Shown: positions 7,904-17,652, numbered from the stretch's first letter. The stretch is 64,000 nucleotides of DNA from an uncultured delta proteobacterium (GCA_963713045.1 CAVQKE010000001.1:448001-512000); one strand, 5' to 3'. The notes: generated from the letters alone by a model not told the origin. Program-made: numbers and translations.

Positions 7904-10120
7904 CTACATTCCGAGGAGGAAAATGGAACCGTCGGTGGCGACTCGCTCCCCGGCGGACAGACCGCTCAGCACCGGAACGACCTCTCCGGGGAACGCGTCG
8001 TTCGCCACCACCCTCCGGCGGCTGAAGCTGAGCTTGCCGTCTGCCGCGGGCTTCTGCTGGACGAAGACCACCGTCTCGTCACCATCGCGCAGGATGGCGT
8101 CGCGCGGAACGGTGAGCGCAGCCCGCACCGGGGCGGCGACCTTGACCACGCCATACATCTCGGGCCGTAACAGCCCGTCCGGGTTTTCGATGACGGTGCG
8201 AACCTTCGCCGTGCGCATCACCGGGTCCAGCGTGTCCGAGACCCAGTCCACCGTGCCCCGGAACGTCCGGCCAGGGTAGGCCGACACCTGCACGTCGAGC
8301 TGGGCGCCCACCTTGATGTGCGGCAAGTCGGCTTCGTAGACGTCGCCCAAAAGCCACAGCGGGTCAATCTTGCCGATGGTGAACAGCTCCACGACGCTGC
8401 TGGCGCCGGAGTACTGACCCTGCACCTCCAGCCCGGGGTTTGCCATGCGCGCCACGACGTCTCCCTCGATGGGACTTCGGAGAAGAAATTCCTGGCTGAC
8501 GGCGTCGACCGCCCCCTCGCGCAGCAGCTGGCTCTTCTGAGCGGCGCGGTCATATTCCGCCTTCGAGCGGCGGTAGTTGTCCTCCGCCGCCTCGAGGTCA
8601 CGCTGGGCGCTGGCCTTCTCCACGTACATCTCTCGCTGCCGCTGCACCTCGTGCTCTGCGGCAACGAGGTCGGCCCTGGCCTTCAACTCATCGGAGAAGG
8701 CGCTGCCAACATCCGGAGAGAGGATGGTGGCCAGCGGTCCGCCCTTCCTGACGTGGTCGCCCGGAGCAGCCAGCAGCTTGGTGATGCGGCCGTTGACCGG
8801 TGAAAAAATGTGGGTCACCAGCATGTCGTCGAACGTCAGCCGGCCGCCCACCGTGACGGCGTGCGGCACGTCCAGTTGCTTCACCAGGGCCGTTGAGACT
8901 TTGTTGATGGCCTCCTCGGTGGAAAGAGTGACCGTCTCGCCGGAGAGCTGATTGCTCGGCGCAGCCTCGACCAGCACCTTCTCGCCCTCGGTCAACCCAG
9001 CGAGGACAGGCACCGGCCCCGAGTTGGTGGGGTCCACCGGAAGCTGTCCGCTCGAAGCGGCCGGGTCCACCCGTCCCGAGTTGTTCGGGACCTGCACCGG
9101 CCGGCGCTTGAAGACCTGGCGCCCGTCAGGGCGGGTCCCCGCAGCGACATAGACGAAGGGATGCTCATCGATGCGGACAATCGCCTCGCGTGGAATTGCC
9201 AGCTTCTCCACCGTGGGCCGCTCGATGACCACGGTGGCATACATTTCCGGCTTGAGGAGCGCCTCTGGATTTGGAACCGACGCGCGAACGCGCGCGGTGC
9301 GCAGTGCCGGGTCGAGGGCGGGGCTAATCCAGTCGACGGTGCCCTTGAAGACGTGGTCCGGGTAGGCGAGGACGCGGATGTCCACCGGCGCTCCGAGTCG
9401 CAGCTGGGACACGTTCTCCTCGGGGACGTCGGCGAACACCCACACCGTGTCGATGTCGCCAATGGTGAAGAGCTCGACGGCGGTGCCCCCGGAGAACTGT
9501 CCCTGGATTTCCAAGCCCGGGTTGACCGCCCGCGCGACCACCCGGCCCGCGATGTGGCTGGGAAGGGTGTACTCCTGAGTCACTCGGTCGATTTGCCCTG
9601 AGCGCAGCAGTCGCAGCCGCTGCAGCGCGCGCTCGTCCTCGGCCTTCGCCTTGCCGTAGTTGTCCTCGGCCGTCTCGTAGTCGCGGCTGGAGGCCGCTTT
9701 GTCCGCATACAGCTTCTTCTGGCGGTCGAGGTCGTGCTCGGCAGCAATCAAGTCCGCGCGCGCCTTCACCTCGTCCGAGAAGGCCGAGCCGACGTCCGGG
9801 GAGACGATGGCCACCAGCGGGGTGCCCGGCTTGACGCTTTGCCCGAGCTGCGCCAGCACCCGCGTCACGCGGCCAGTGACCGGCGAAAAAATATGGGACA
9901 CCCGCTCGTCACTGAAGGCGATGCGGCCACCCACCACGATGGACTGAGGAAGCACCTGGGTCTGCGCCTCCACCACCTTCGCCCTGCCATCCTCAAAGGC
10001 AGCGGGCCGAATCCACACCTCGTCCTCGGGGGGCGTCACCAGCTGGGTCGCCACCCGGCGGTGGCAGCCCAAAAGCAGGGCGAAACCAGCCGCCAGGCCC
10101 AAAGAGAGCCCGGTCCTCAT
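7904..10120 (-). CDS. RND periplasmic adaptor (CzcB/CusB family) with two tandem MFP modules
   Basis: Lipobox LLLGC after ATG at 10120; HIFSPV.GR and SPDVGSAFSDE.KARADL, plus L.PEMY, each occur twice. Confidence 0.88.
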   Translation of the reverse strand: MRTGLSLGLAAGFALLLGCHRRVATQLVTPPEDEVWIRPAAFEDGRAKVVEAQTQVLPQSIVVGGRIAFSDERVSHIFSPVTGRVTRVLAQLGQSVKPGTPLVAIVSPDVGSAFSDEVKARADLIAAEHDLDRQKKLYADKAASSRDYETAEDNYGKAKAEDERALQRLRLLRSGQIDRVTQEYTLPSHIAGRVVARAVNPGLEIQGQFSGGTAVELFTIGDIDTVWVFADVPEENVSQLRLGAPVDIRVLAYPDHVFKGTVDWISPALDPALRTARVRASVPNPEALLKPEMYATVVIERPTVEKLAIPREAIVRIDEHPFVYVAAGTRPDGRQVFKRRPVQVPNNSGRVDPAASSGQLPVDPTNSGPVPVLAGLTEGEKVLVEAAPSNQLSGETVTLSTEEAINKVSTALVKQLDVPHAVTVGGRLTFDDMLVTHIFSPVNGRITKLLAAPGDHVRKGGPLATILSPDVGSAFSDELKARADLVAAEHEVQRQREMYVEKASAQRDLEAAEDNYRRSKAEYDRAAQKSQLLREGAVDAVSQEFLLRSPIEGDVVARMANPGLEVQGQYSGASSVVELFTIGKIDPLWLLGDVYEADLPHIKVGAQLDVQVSAYPGRTFRGTVDWVSDTLDPVMRTAKVRTVIENPDGLLRPEMYGVVKVAAPVRAALTVPRDAILRDGDETVVFVQQKPAADGKLSFSRRRVVANDAFPGEVVPVLSGLSAGERVATDGSIFLLGM

Positions 10121-11451
10121 TTCCTCAGCTCGCCCGCCATCGCCTGCTCCAGCAGCGCGACGGCAGTCCAATAGTTGGCCAGGTCTTGCGCGTATTCGGC
10201 GCGCGTCGCGGTGTAGGTGCGCTGCGCGTCGAGAAGGTCGAGCAGCGAGGCTGCCCCCTTCTCGTATTGCACCTTGGCGATGTCGCGCGCCTGCTTGGCC
10301 CGGTCCAAAAGCGCCGACTCCATCCGTTCGACTTGCTGGCGCGTCGCGATGAACCCGGCCCAAGCCGATTCGATGTCGGCGACGACGCTGGCCTCGGCCT
10401 TTGCCCGAAGAATTTGCTGGCTGGTGAGGTCGGCCTCGGCCTTCACAATCTCGCCGCGCTGCCAGTAGAAGATGGGGAGGTTGAACGACAGGCCGATGCT
10501 CAGGTTGGGCGGTGAGATGTTGGTGTCGCCCGAGCCGTTGGCCGAGTAGAGGAGAGACAAAGCGAAGTCCGGGACGATTTCGCGGTGAGCGAGCGACAGC
10601 GCTGCCTCAGCGCGCTTTTCCTGCTGCACCAACGCCAGCAAGTCCGGGCGCCGACTGAGCGCGTCCTTCAGCAGCGACTCCCGGGTGGCCGTCGCCAGCG
10701 CCGGCGGCAGCTTGAAGTCGAGTTCCGAGTTGTTCACTTGGAAGTCGGGCACCAGCGCGCGGAAGCCAAGCAAAAACGCGAGCCCCACTTTGGCGGTGCG
10801 CAGGTTCTGCTCGACCTGGGCGAGGGCCTGCTCCGCCTCCAGCGCTGCCACTTGGATTTTGGCGAGGTCCCCTTCGTTGATGGCGCCCAATTCAAAGCGC
10901 CTCTCATTCAACTTCCGGGTGGACAGGTTACTGTCCCGGGTTTCAATTGCGTTCTGCCGTAGCGCCTCCGCCTGCAGCACGGCGATGTAGGCCTGCTTGA
11001 CTTGGGATTCGAGAAGCCGCTGCGCGTCGTCGCGCGAGCGGCGGGCGGCAGCCAGTGCGGCATTCGCGACGTCCTTGCGAAGGCCATATTTGCCCGTGAC
11101 GAAGGTGGAGATGGCGTTGTTGTCCGAAATGCCGACGCTGTAGGAAAGCGCCGAGCAGTCCTGGCCGGTGCCGCAGTCGAAATTCTTGCCCAGCGTGCCG
11201 GAGAGACCGGGATTGGCGACCCCGCTGGCGATGATGAGGTCACCTTCGGCTGACTTGACACTGGCTTCGGCGAGGAGAAGGTCAAAGCCGCGGTGGCGAA
11301 AAATGTCGAGCACTTGGCTTTCGCTCAGCACCTTCGGCAGCGGCGGGGCAGCCTCGAAGGAGTCGGCCGTTTGGGCCACCGCACAGCGGGCAAGCGCCAG
11401 CACCCCGAGCCAGACGCTCGCCTTTGCAAGGGACGCGCTCCGCAATGCCAT
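10117..11451 (-). CDS. TolC/CzcC-family outer-membrane efflux protein
   Basis: Signal peptide, RRPDL, LPIF, YEKGAASLLDLLDAQR; overlaps the adaptor start (ATGA). Confidence 0.9.
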   Translation of the reverse strand: MALRSASLAKASVWLGVLALARCAVAQTADSFEAAPPLPKVLSESQVLDIFRHRGFDLLLAEASVKSAEGDLIIASGVANPGLSGTLGKNFDCGTGQDCSALSYSVGISDNNAISTFVTGKYGLRKDVANAALAAARRSRDDAQRLLESQVKQAYIAVLQAEALRQNAIETRDSNLSTRKLNERRFELGAINEGDLAKIQVAALEAEQALAQVEQNLRTAKVGLAFLLGFRALVPDFQVNNSELDFKLPPALATATRESLLKDALSRRPDLLALVQQEKRAEAALSLAHREIVPDFALSLLYSANGSGDTNISPPNLSIGLSFNLPIFYWQRGEIVKAEADLTSQQILRAKAEASVVADIESAWAGFIATRQQVERMESALLDRAKQARDIAKVQYEKGAASLLDLLDAQRTYTATRAEYAQDLANYWTAVALLEQAMAGELRK

Positions 11452-11624
11452 GCGTGGGGCCGAGCAAGTCCCAAGCCACGGCTAAGGGGCTGCAATTGTG
11501 ACCCATTCCGCCGCCCAAGCCGGGGGGAAGGGACAAGATTTTTCTCCGGTGCAACTTCCTTCAACGCGCAGGAAAATTCCGCACACCGCAGACGGCCCCG
11601 GGTGGGCGGCACGCCCTGGGCGCC

Positions 11625-12545
11625 TTAGTCGCTCCACAACGGGCCGTCCGGCACGGCCAGCTGGGCTTCGGCGAAGCGCCGGGCGAGGTCCTCCGGCAGC
11701 GGTGCCACCAGGGTGAGGGCAACGCCCTTCTGTGGGTGTGGCAGCCGGAGGGCATGCGCATGAAGCAGCGGGCGGCCGGCCGCGGCGACGTCGCCGCCAT
11801 AAAGTTTGTCACCCAACAGCGGCGCCCCGACAGCGGCCAGGTGCGCGCGAAGCTGGTGCGTCCGGCCGGTCTGCGGCCAAAGCACCGCCAGCGCATAGCC
11901 TTCCCCCTGGCCCAGTCGACGGAAGTCGCTGACCGCTGAAAGCCCATGCGCCCGTGCCGAGGCGCGCCAGCGCCCCGGGTGACTCGGGTCTCGCGACAGA
12001 GGAAGCGTCACCCGGCCGGAGGCGGGAAGGCCGGGGCCGGTGGCGGCGAGGTACTGCTTTCTCACCTGGCCGGTGCGGAAGGCCCGCGCCAGCGCGCGGG
12101 TGGCCGCGTCCGTCGCGCCAAACAGGGTGAGGCCGGTCGTCCCTTTGTCCAGCCGGTGGACCAGCCCTGCTGGCCGGCCGAGGTAGGCCGAGGCCTGCGC
12201 CGCCAGGCTGGTGGCGCCGCCGGGCGTGGCTTGCGCCGGAAGCCCGGCCGGCTTGTCCACCACCAGCAGCGCGGCGTCTTGGTAGAGGACGCGCAGCGAT
12301 GGACCGGGCGTTTCCTCCGCCAGCACCGAGCGGCCAGACTCTTCCAGCACCACCAGGACGCTTTCTCCGGCCCTCGCCAGCCGCACGGCCCCATCCACCC
12401 GCCGCCCGTCAAGGTAGACCGCCCCGCGCAGAAGCAGCGCTTCGGCCTCGGCCAGCCCAAGGCCCAACCTCCGCGACAACAGTGGCGCCAGCGGGCCGGC
12501 CTCAGTTGGCAGCACGACGAAGCGACGGCGCTTCACCCCGGGCAC
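11625..12545 (-). CDS. RluA-family pseudouridine synthase with S4-like N-terminus
   Basis: VVDKPAGL, catalytic HRLDKGTTG, TGRTHQLRAHL, LGDKLYG, LHA. Confidence 0.9.
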   Translation of the reverse strand: MPGVKRRRFVVLPTEAGPLAPLLSRRLGLGLAEAEALLLRGAVYLDGRRVDGAVRLARAGESVLVVLEESGRSVLAEETPGPSLRVLYQDAALLVVDKPAGLPAQATPGGATSLAAQASAYLGRPAGLVHRLDKGTTGLTLFGATDAATRALARAFRTGQVRKQYLAATGPGLPASGRVTLPLSRDPSHPGRWRASARAHGLSAVSDFRRLGQGEGYALAVLWPQTGRTHQLRAHLAAVGAPLLGDKLYGGDVAAAGRPLLHAHALRLPHPQKGVALTLVAPLPEDLARRFAEAQLAVPDGPLWSD

Positions 12546-12741
12546 TCCCGTCGTCGTGCCGCTGGCCCGCGCCCCGATGCGCCGAGGCAGTCGCTTGACC
12601 GCTGGGCCAACACTCCGTCAGCGTGCCGTCTCCAGTGGCCACCTTCAAGTCCGCGACGCGGGGCGCCTCGCTGTCTGGCTAGCCTCCCCGCCGCCGGTTG
12701 CCGCCCAGGCGCCCAGTGGCATTTCCGCTAGAAAGCCGCCC

Positions 12742-14205
12742 ATGGCCTCGCTTCAGCGACTAGAGGAGGAAGTCGAGTCCTTCGTCCTCGGCACGCAGGA
12801 AGCGCTGGCGGAGGAGGCGACGGGACGGGCGCCGCGCGCGGACATCGCCGCCGTGGAGCGCGCACACCCTTTGCCCGCGTCTGCCGACACCCTGGCCACC
12901 GTCCGAGAGGCAGCGGCCAGTGCCCAGACGCCACAGGCCCAGCGGCCCCGGCTGTTGGCGCTGGTGCCCTTCCTCGCCCACACCGTCGTGGACGCCCGCG
13001 TGCGCGGCGAAGACGACGCCCTGCGCGCTGCCCGGCGCGCCGCCGTCGTCTCGGCGGTGGACGTGGCGCGGCCCTTGGAAGGCGTCTGGCGAGCTGTCGG
13101 GGCGGAGGCGGAGCGTCCGGGCCGCGCGGCCCTGGCGCGCGCCGCGGCCGACGCTGAGGAGGCCCTTCTCGGCGCGGTGCAGCGGCGGTGGGAGGCGGCC
13201 CGCCGCGTGGGAGAGACGCTGGCGGTGCCGCCGCCGGCGCCCGCTGCAGCCCTGGTGACAGAAGCGGTGGAGTTTCTGCGCAACACCGAGGATGCCTACC
13301 GGGACGTCCTTGGCTTCGCCTTGCGGCGTCTGGAGCCCGGGCTGAGGCCCTGGCCGGCGGGCGAGGCCGGGTACCATGACCTTCTGCGGCTGGCCCACCA
13401 GCCGCTTCCCGGGGCCTTTCCCAGCAGCGAAGCCCTGCATCCGCTGCGCCGTTGGCTGGATGCCTCGGGCCTGACGCTGGCGGCTGCCGGGCGGCTGCAG
13501 GTGGCGGAGGGGCCTCAGGAGGCGGCGTGCTTCGCCCTGGAGGTGCCCCAGCGCATTCTGCTTGTGCAACCGGCGGCCGACCGCGGCGCTTTCCCCCAAC
13601 TGGTGGCAGCCGTCGGCCGGGCCCGCGCCCTGGCCGAGGTGGCGCCGTCCGCGTCGCTGCGGGCGCGCAGACTGGGGGACGAAGCGGTGCGTGCCTCGGC
13701 CAGCTGGCTATTCCGCAGCGCCCTGGCGAGTGAGGCTTGGCTGCGGCGCTTTCTCTCGCACGGGAAGGTGACTGCCCGCGAGCTGGCCCGCCTCAGCGCG
13801 CTGGTGCAGCTGGGCGAGTTGCGGCAGCGTGCCGCGCTTCGTCCGCTGGCGGCCGGCCTCGCCGCCTCGGGGCCCACCGAGGCAGGGCTACAGGCGCTGG
13901 CCGCCGCCACGTCCGAGGCGCTTCTGCTTCACGTCCCTTGTGGGGCGCTGCTGCCGGGGCTGGAGGAAGGCCTCGCTGAGGCCGACGGGCTGCGCGCCGC
14001 CGCCCTGGCCGAGTGCCTCCGGTACCAGGCCGAGCAGCGCTTTGATGCGGAGGACTTCCGCAACCCAGCCGCCGCCCGCTGGCTGGCCGCGGTGTGGGCC
14101 CGCGGGGCGGAACTCGACGCCGAGGCACTGGCCAAGGAAGTGGGTGGCGCGCCACTGGCGCTGGCCCCGGTGGGCCACCGGCTGGTGGCCGTCCTGGGCG
14201 CGTAG
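12742..14205 (+). CDS. M3/M32-like metallopeptidase homologue lacking HEXXH
   Basis: C-terminal pattern CFALEVPQRILLV...RRLGDEAV...WLRRFL...F.NPAA resembles myxobacterial M3-like peptidases; the HExxH position reads AAVGR. Confidence 0.55.
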   Translation: MASLQRLEEEVESFVLGTQEALAEEATGRAPRADIAAVERAHPLPASADTLATVREAAASAQTPQAQRPRLLALVPFLAHTVVDARVRGEDDALRAARRAAVVSAVDVARPLEGVWRAVGAEAERPGRAALARAAADAEEALLGAVQRRWEAARRVGETLAVPPPAPAAALVTEAVEFLRNTEDAYRDVLGFALRRLEPGLRPWPAGEAGYHDLLRLAHQPLPGAFPSSEALHPLRRWLDASGLTLAAAGRLQVAEGPQEAACFALEVPQRILLVQPAADRGAFPQLVAAVGRARALAEVAPSASLRARRLGDEAVRASASWLFRSALASEAWLRRFLSHGKVTARELARLSALVQLGELRQRAALRPLAAGLAASGPTEAGLQALAAATSEALLLHVPCGALLPGLEEGLAEADGLRAAALAECLRYQAEQRFDAEDFRNPAAARWLAAVWARGAELDAEALAKEVGGAPLALAPVGHRLVAVLGA

Positions 14206-14216
14206 CGGGCAAGTGC

Positions 14217-14528
14217 CTAGCGCTTCTTGCGCAGGGCACGCACAATCTTGCTCTTCGTCGCCGGGTTGGCTGTCCCGCTGGCCGCGGCGGCCTGAAGTGC
14301 GCGCGAGCGCAACACGCGCAACAGCTGCAGTTCCAGCACCAGCAACTCGTCGCCCAACTCGGAGTCCACCGGCGCCACCCGGCCCAGCGGGGCGCGCGTC
14401 TCTTCGGAGACGCCATGGCGAAGTCGCAGCACCCGCTCCTCCAGCAAGGTGAGGGCTGGCGCGCGCCCCAGCGCCGCTCGGACTTCTTCCGTCACCACCG
14501 TGCTCGACCCAGCTTTGCGTTCCGTCAT
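14217..14528 (-). CDS. Small basic protein with a sigma70 region-4.1-like segment
   Basis: 103 aa; LTLLEERVLRLRHGV resembles LT.RE..VLR.R.G of sigma region 4.1; basic tail KSKIVRALRKKR; AAGGTGG RBS. Confidence 0.7.
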   Translation of the reverse strand: MTERKAGSSTVVTEEVRAALGRAPALTLLEERVLRLRHGVSEETRAPLGRVAPVDSELGDELLVLELQLLRVLRSRALQAAAASGTANPATKSKIVRALRKKR

Positions 14529-14546
14529 GGCGCCGCCACCTTGTAC

Positions 14547-14562
14547 CTGAACATCCGCTCAG
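14547..14562. promoter_or_regulatory. Myxococcus-type LexA (SOS) box
   Basis: CTGAACATCCGCTCAG, near-palindrome matching CTRHAMRYBYGTTCAG with one mismatch, 18 nt upstream of the 14528 ATG. Confidence 0.65.
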
Positions 14563-14593
14563 AGACACCGCGGACAACCCGCGGTGTTCCAGC

Positions 14594-14621
14594 AACTTAC
14601 GGGGCGGCAGGGGGTGGTCAA
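14594..14621 (-). promoter_or_regulatory. Putative sigma70 promoter for the small gene at 14528
   Basis: Minus strand TTGACC-N16-TAAGTT, followed by a perfect 9-bp hairpin at 14565-14587. Confidence 0.45.
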
Positions 14622-14665
14622 CTTTTTGAAGGGACAGCCCGGTAGAAGCCTGTCGCAGCGCGTGG

Positions 14666-15715
14666 TTACCCGTCGTCGTCGTCGGCCTCGGCGCCGGCGT
14701 CGGCCTTGCCACCCCGGGGCATCCCGAAGCGGTCCAAGGCGTCGGCAATTCCAGGCGGTTTGTCCACGTCCGGGAGCGCCCCAGCGGGCGCATGCAGCGG
14801 CGGGACCTGGCCAATGCGGCTCACGCGCTGCTCGAGAGACACCTTCAGCGTGGCGGGCTTGGCTCCAGCGGCCCCGGGCACCTCCAGCCGGCCCGCCACC
14901 GAAGCGCGCACCACCACCCCGGTGGCCTGGTCGACAAACACCTCGCCCTTCAGGGCGCGGGGATTCTTCGCGGCCAGGAAGGCCAGGCGCCGACGCGTCG
15001 TCTCGTCCACCCCGCCCCGCGCACTCAGCAGCGGAGGCAGGTTGGGCGGTGGCGGCTGGGGGGCGGAGGGGGAGAGGGACACTTCATAGCGCAGCGCAGG
15101 GCGGCCTTCGTACGTCACCAGGCCCTGGGGCAGAAGCTTGAAGCGCCGGTCGAAAAGGAGGTCCAGCTCGCGCAGCGGCGCCACCACGTCCTCGCGGGTG
15201 CGTTCGGCCATCCCGCGGTCGCGTCGGCGGAGACGAAACTTGCCGAAGCGGTTGCGGGCGTACACCTCGCCATTGACGCGGATGACTTCCAGCCCGACGT
15301 CCTCGCTGTTGTCCACCCGGGCGTGGAAGTCGCCGTTGACGCCTCGCGCGCCCGCCTCCAAAAGCCGCGTCTCGCTCAGCTTGACGGGCGCCTCGGAGGG
15401 GGTGCTCCAATCAAAGGAGACGGTGGCGTCGAAGCGGTGGGCACCGAGGCGTTCCGCCATTTCTGCGGCGCCCATGGTGAGGACCCGCTGGGCCAGTCGC
15501 CCGTCGTCGCCCAGCTGTTCCGGGGCCAGGTGCTCGGCTGCAGAGGCGACGACTTTGGGCGGGTCCTCGGGCGAGAAAATGCGCTGCTTGGCGGCGCGTT
15601 CCCGGGGGTCATGGCACGCCGGCAGGGCCAGCAGCATCACCACTGTGGCGCAAACTCCAACCGGGGAAGCGGGCAGCAGCGGGAGGACCTTCGGCACGGC
15701 GCGAGTTGCCACCAT
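14666..15715 (-). CDS. Hypothetical lipoprotein
   Basis: Hydrophobic stretch ending in LALPAC; coding-like sequence; start uncertain. Confidence 0.65.
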   Translation of the reverse strand: MVATRAVPKVLPLLPASPVGVCATVVMLLALPACHDPRERAAKQRIFSPEDPPKVVASAAEHLAPEQLGDDGRLAQRVLTMGAAEMAERLGAHRFDATVSFDWSTPSEAPVKLSETRLLEAGARGVNGDFHARVDNSEDVGLEVIRVNGEVYARNRFGKFRLRRRDRGMAERTREDVVAPLRELDLLFDRRFKLLPQGLVTYEGRPALRYEVSLSPSAPQPPPPNLPPLLSARGGVDETTRRRLAFLAAKNPRALKGEVFVDQATGVVVRASVAGRLEVPGAAGAKPATLKVSLEQRVSRIGQVPPLHAPAGALPDVDKPPGIADALDRFGMPRGGKADAGAEADDDDG

Positions 15716-15829
15716 ACGTGGGGCCTCGCGGCCGGCACAACCCTTCCCAAACGGGGAGGGCGCGGCAAGGCCCTCCGAGGGCCTTGCCTCCAGGAGGCAG
15801 CTTCCCCTAATGCAAGGCCCGCCTCCGCC

Positions 15830-16444
15830 ATGCAAAACCTCCGCGAGAAGCTGTTGAAGGCGGGACTCGTCTCTGCCGAGCAGGCCACCGAGCCCAGGCC
15901 CGCGCCCCAGTCCCCAGTCCCCGCGGTACCGCCAGCCCAGGCCACGCGGCTTGCAGCGCGTCCGCAGGCCGCGCCTGCCTCAGCGCCCCTAATTGCCGTG
16001 CGGCGCGAGCCCCTTTTGCCAAAGTTGCCGCCCCTTCCCGGCAGTCGCGAAGCGCAGCGCATGGAATCACGCAAGCAGCTGGAACAGGACCGGGAGTTGC
16101 ACCGGCGCGTCACTGCCGCCCTGGTGCCGCTGTGTCCTGGAGAGCGCGCCTTCTACTTCGTCACCCGGAAAAGCCGGCTGCGCCGTCTGGAATTGTCGGC
16201 CGAGCAAGCCGCGGCGCTCGAGTCCGGAGTCCTGGCGGTGGTGGAGCGCCCTGAGCCGGGGCAGATTGGACACGCCCTGGTGCCGGCGGCCACTGCCGAG
16301 GCGCTGCTGCGAGACTTCCCCAAGGCGGTGCGCTTCTTCAACCGGGAAGGCGAGCCGGTGGGCTTTCTCTCGGAGGAGGAATTGCGCAGCCGCCAGGCCT
16401 TGGAGGCCGAGGAAGACGGCCGGCCGAATGCGGCGGAGTCTTGA
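15830..16444 (+). CDS. DUF2058-like protein
   Basis: MQNLREKLLKAGLV N-terminus and FYFVTRKSRLRRL..GVLAVV..LVPA pattern. Confidence 0.7.
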   Translation: MQNLREKLLKAGLVSAEQATEPRPAPQSPVPAVPPAQATRLAARPQAAPASAPLIAVRREPLLPKLPPLPGSREAQRMESRKQLEQDRELHRRVTAALVPLCPGERAFYFVTRKSRLRRLELSAEQAAALESGVLAVVERPEPGQIGHALVPAATAEALLRDFPKAVRFFNREGEPVGFLSEEELRSRQALEAEEDGRPNAAES

Positions 16445-16470
16445 AGAGGCTTTTCTGACTTCTTGGGCCC

Positions 16471-17652
16471 TTAGCTGAAGGCGTCCAGTCCGGTAATGGC
16501 CTTGCCCAACAGCAGCGTGTGGACTTCGTGCGTGCCCTCGTAGGTGTAGACCGACTCCAAATTCAACAGGTGGCGAATGGGCGGCGTGTCGTCGGTAATG
16601 CCGCTCGCCCCGTACACGCTTCGGGCCTCGCGGGCCGTCTCCAACGCGGCCCGGACGTTGGCCCGCTTGGCCAGCGAGATGAGGGTGGGCGAGGCCTTTC
16701 CCGCGTCCTTCTGCCGCAGCAGGTGCAGCCCGAGTCGTTGCGCCAGCACAATGCGCTCCAGCATGTCGGCCAGCTTGGCTTGGGTGAGTTGGAAGGCGGC
16801 AATGGGCCGGCCAAACTGCCGGCGTTCCAGGGCATGCGCCCGCGCTCCCTCAAAGCAGGCGATGGCCGCGCCGGTGACGCTGAAGGCAATGCCGGCGCGC
16901 GCCTGGTTGAGGCAACTCAACGGTCCCTTCAACCCCTGGACGCCGGGAAGCACGTCGCCGTCCGGCACGCGGACCTCCACCAGGGAAAGTTCGGCGGTGG
17001 AGGAAGCGCGAAGTGAGAATTTGCCGGCAATCTCCCGCGCGCTGAAACCGGGAGTGCCTCGCTCGACGAGGAAGCCGCGGACCGACTCCGGGCCCCCCGC
17101 GTCCGTCTTGGCCCACACCAGGGCGACGTCGGCCAGCGCGCCGTTGGTAATCCACGCCTTGCCGCCATTCAGCAACCAGCCTTGGCCGTCCCGCACGGCC
17201 CGGGTGCGCAGGCTGGCCGGGTCGGACCCGGCCTCCGTCTCGGTGAGGCCGAAGCAGCCAATGGCCTGCCCGCGGGCCAGCGCCGGAAGCCAGCGCTGCT
17301 TCTGCGCGTCCGAGCCGTAGTGGTGAATGGGCCACATCACCAGCGAGCTCTGGACACTGGCAAAGCTGCGCAGCCCGGAGTCGCCGCGCTCCAGCTCCTG
17401 CATCGCCAGGCCATAGGCCACATTGGACATTCCGGCGCAGCCGTAGCCGCCGAGGCTGGCGCCCAGCACGCCCAATTCGCCGAGGCGAGGGACCAGCGTC
17501 CTGGGAAAGGTGCTGTTGCGAAAGTGTTGGGCGATGACGGGCAGCACTTCGCTCTGCACCAGGCGCGCCACCACGTCGCGCACCGCGACTTCTTCGGCCG
17601 TCAGGCTGTCGTCCAGCCGATACAGCTCGGCGACGTCCGGGGTGGTCGACAT
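16471..17652 (-). CDS. Acyl-CoA dehydrogenase, glutaryl-CoA dehydrogenase-like
   Basis: ELERGDSGLRSFASVQSSL, GCFGLTE..AGSDP, KAWITNG, LESVYTYEGT. Confidence 0.92.
   Translation of the reverse strand: MSTTPDVAELYRLDDSLTAEEVAVRDVVARLVQSEVLPVIAQHFRNSTFPRTLVPRLGELGVLGASLGGYGCAGMSNVAYGLAMQELERGDSGLRSFASVQSSLVMWPIHHYGSDAQKQRWLPALARGQAIGCFGLTETEAGSDPASLRTRAVRDGQGWLLNGGKAWITNGALADVALVWAKTDAGGPESVRGFLVERGTPGFSAREIAGKFSLRASSTAELSLVEVRVPDGDVLPGVQGLKGPLSCLNQARAGIAFSVTGAAIACFEGARAHALERRQFGRPIAAFQLTQAKLADMLERIVLAQRLGLHLLRQKDAGKASPTLISLAKRANVRAALETAREARSVYGASGITDDTPPIRHLLNLESVYTYEGTHEVHTLLLGKAITGLDAFS

Noticed and set aside
14651..14672. Plus-strand TGTCGC-N10-TACCCG resembling the PafBC motif
   Set aside because: Two mismatches, and it points antisense into a gene end; compatible with chance.
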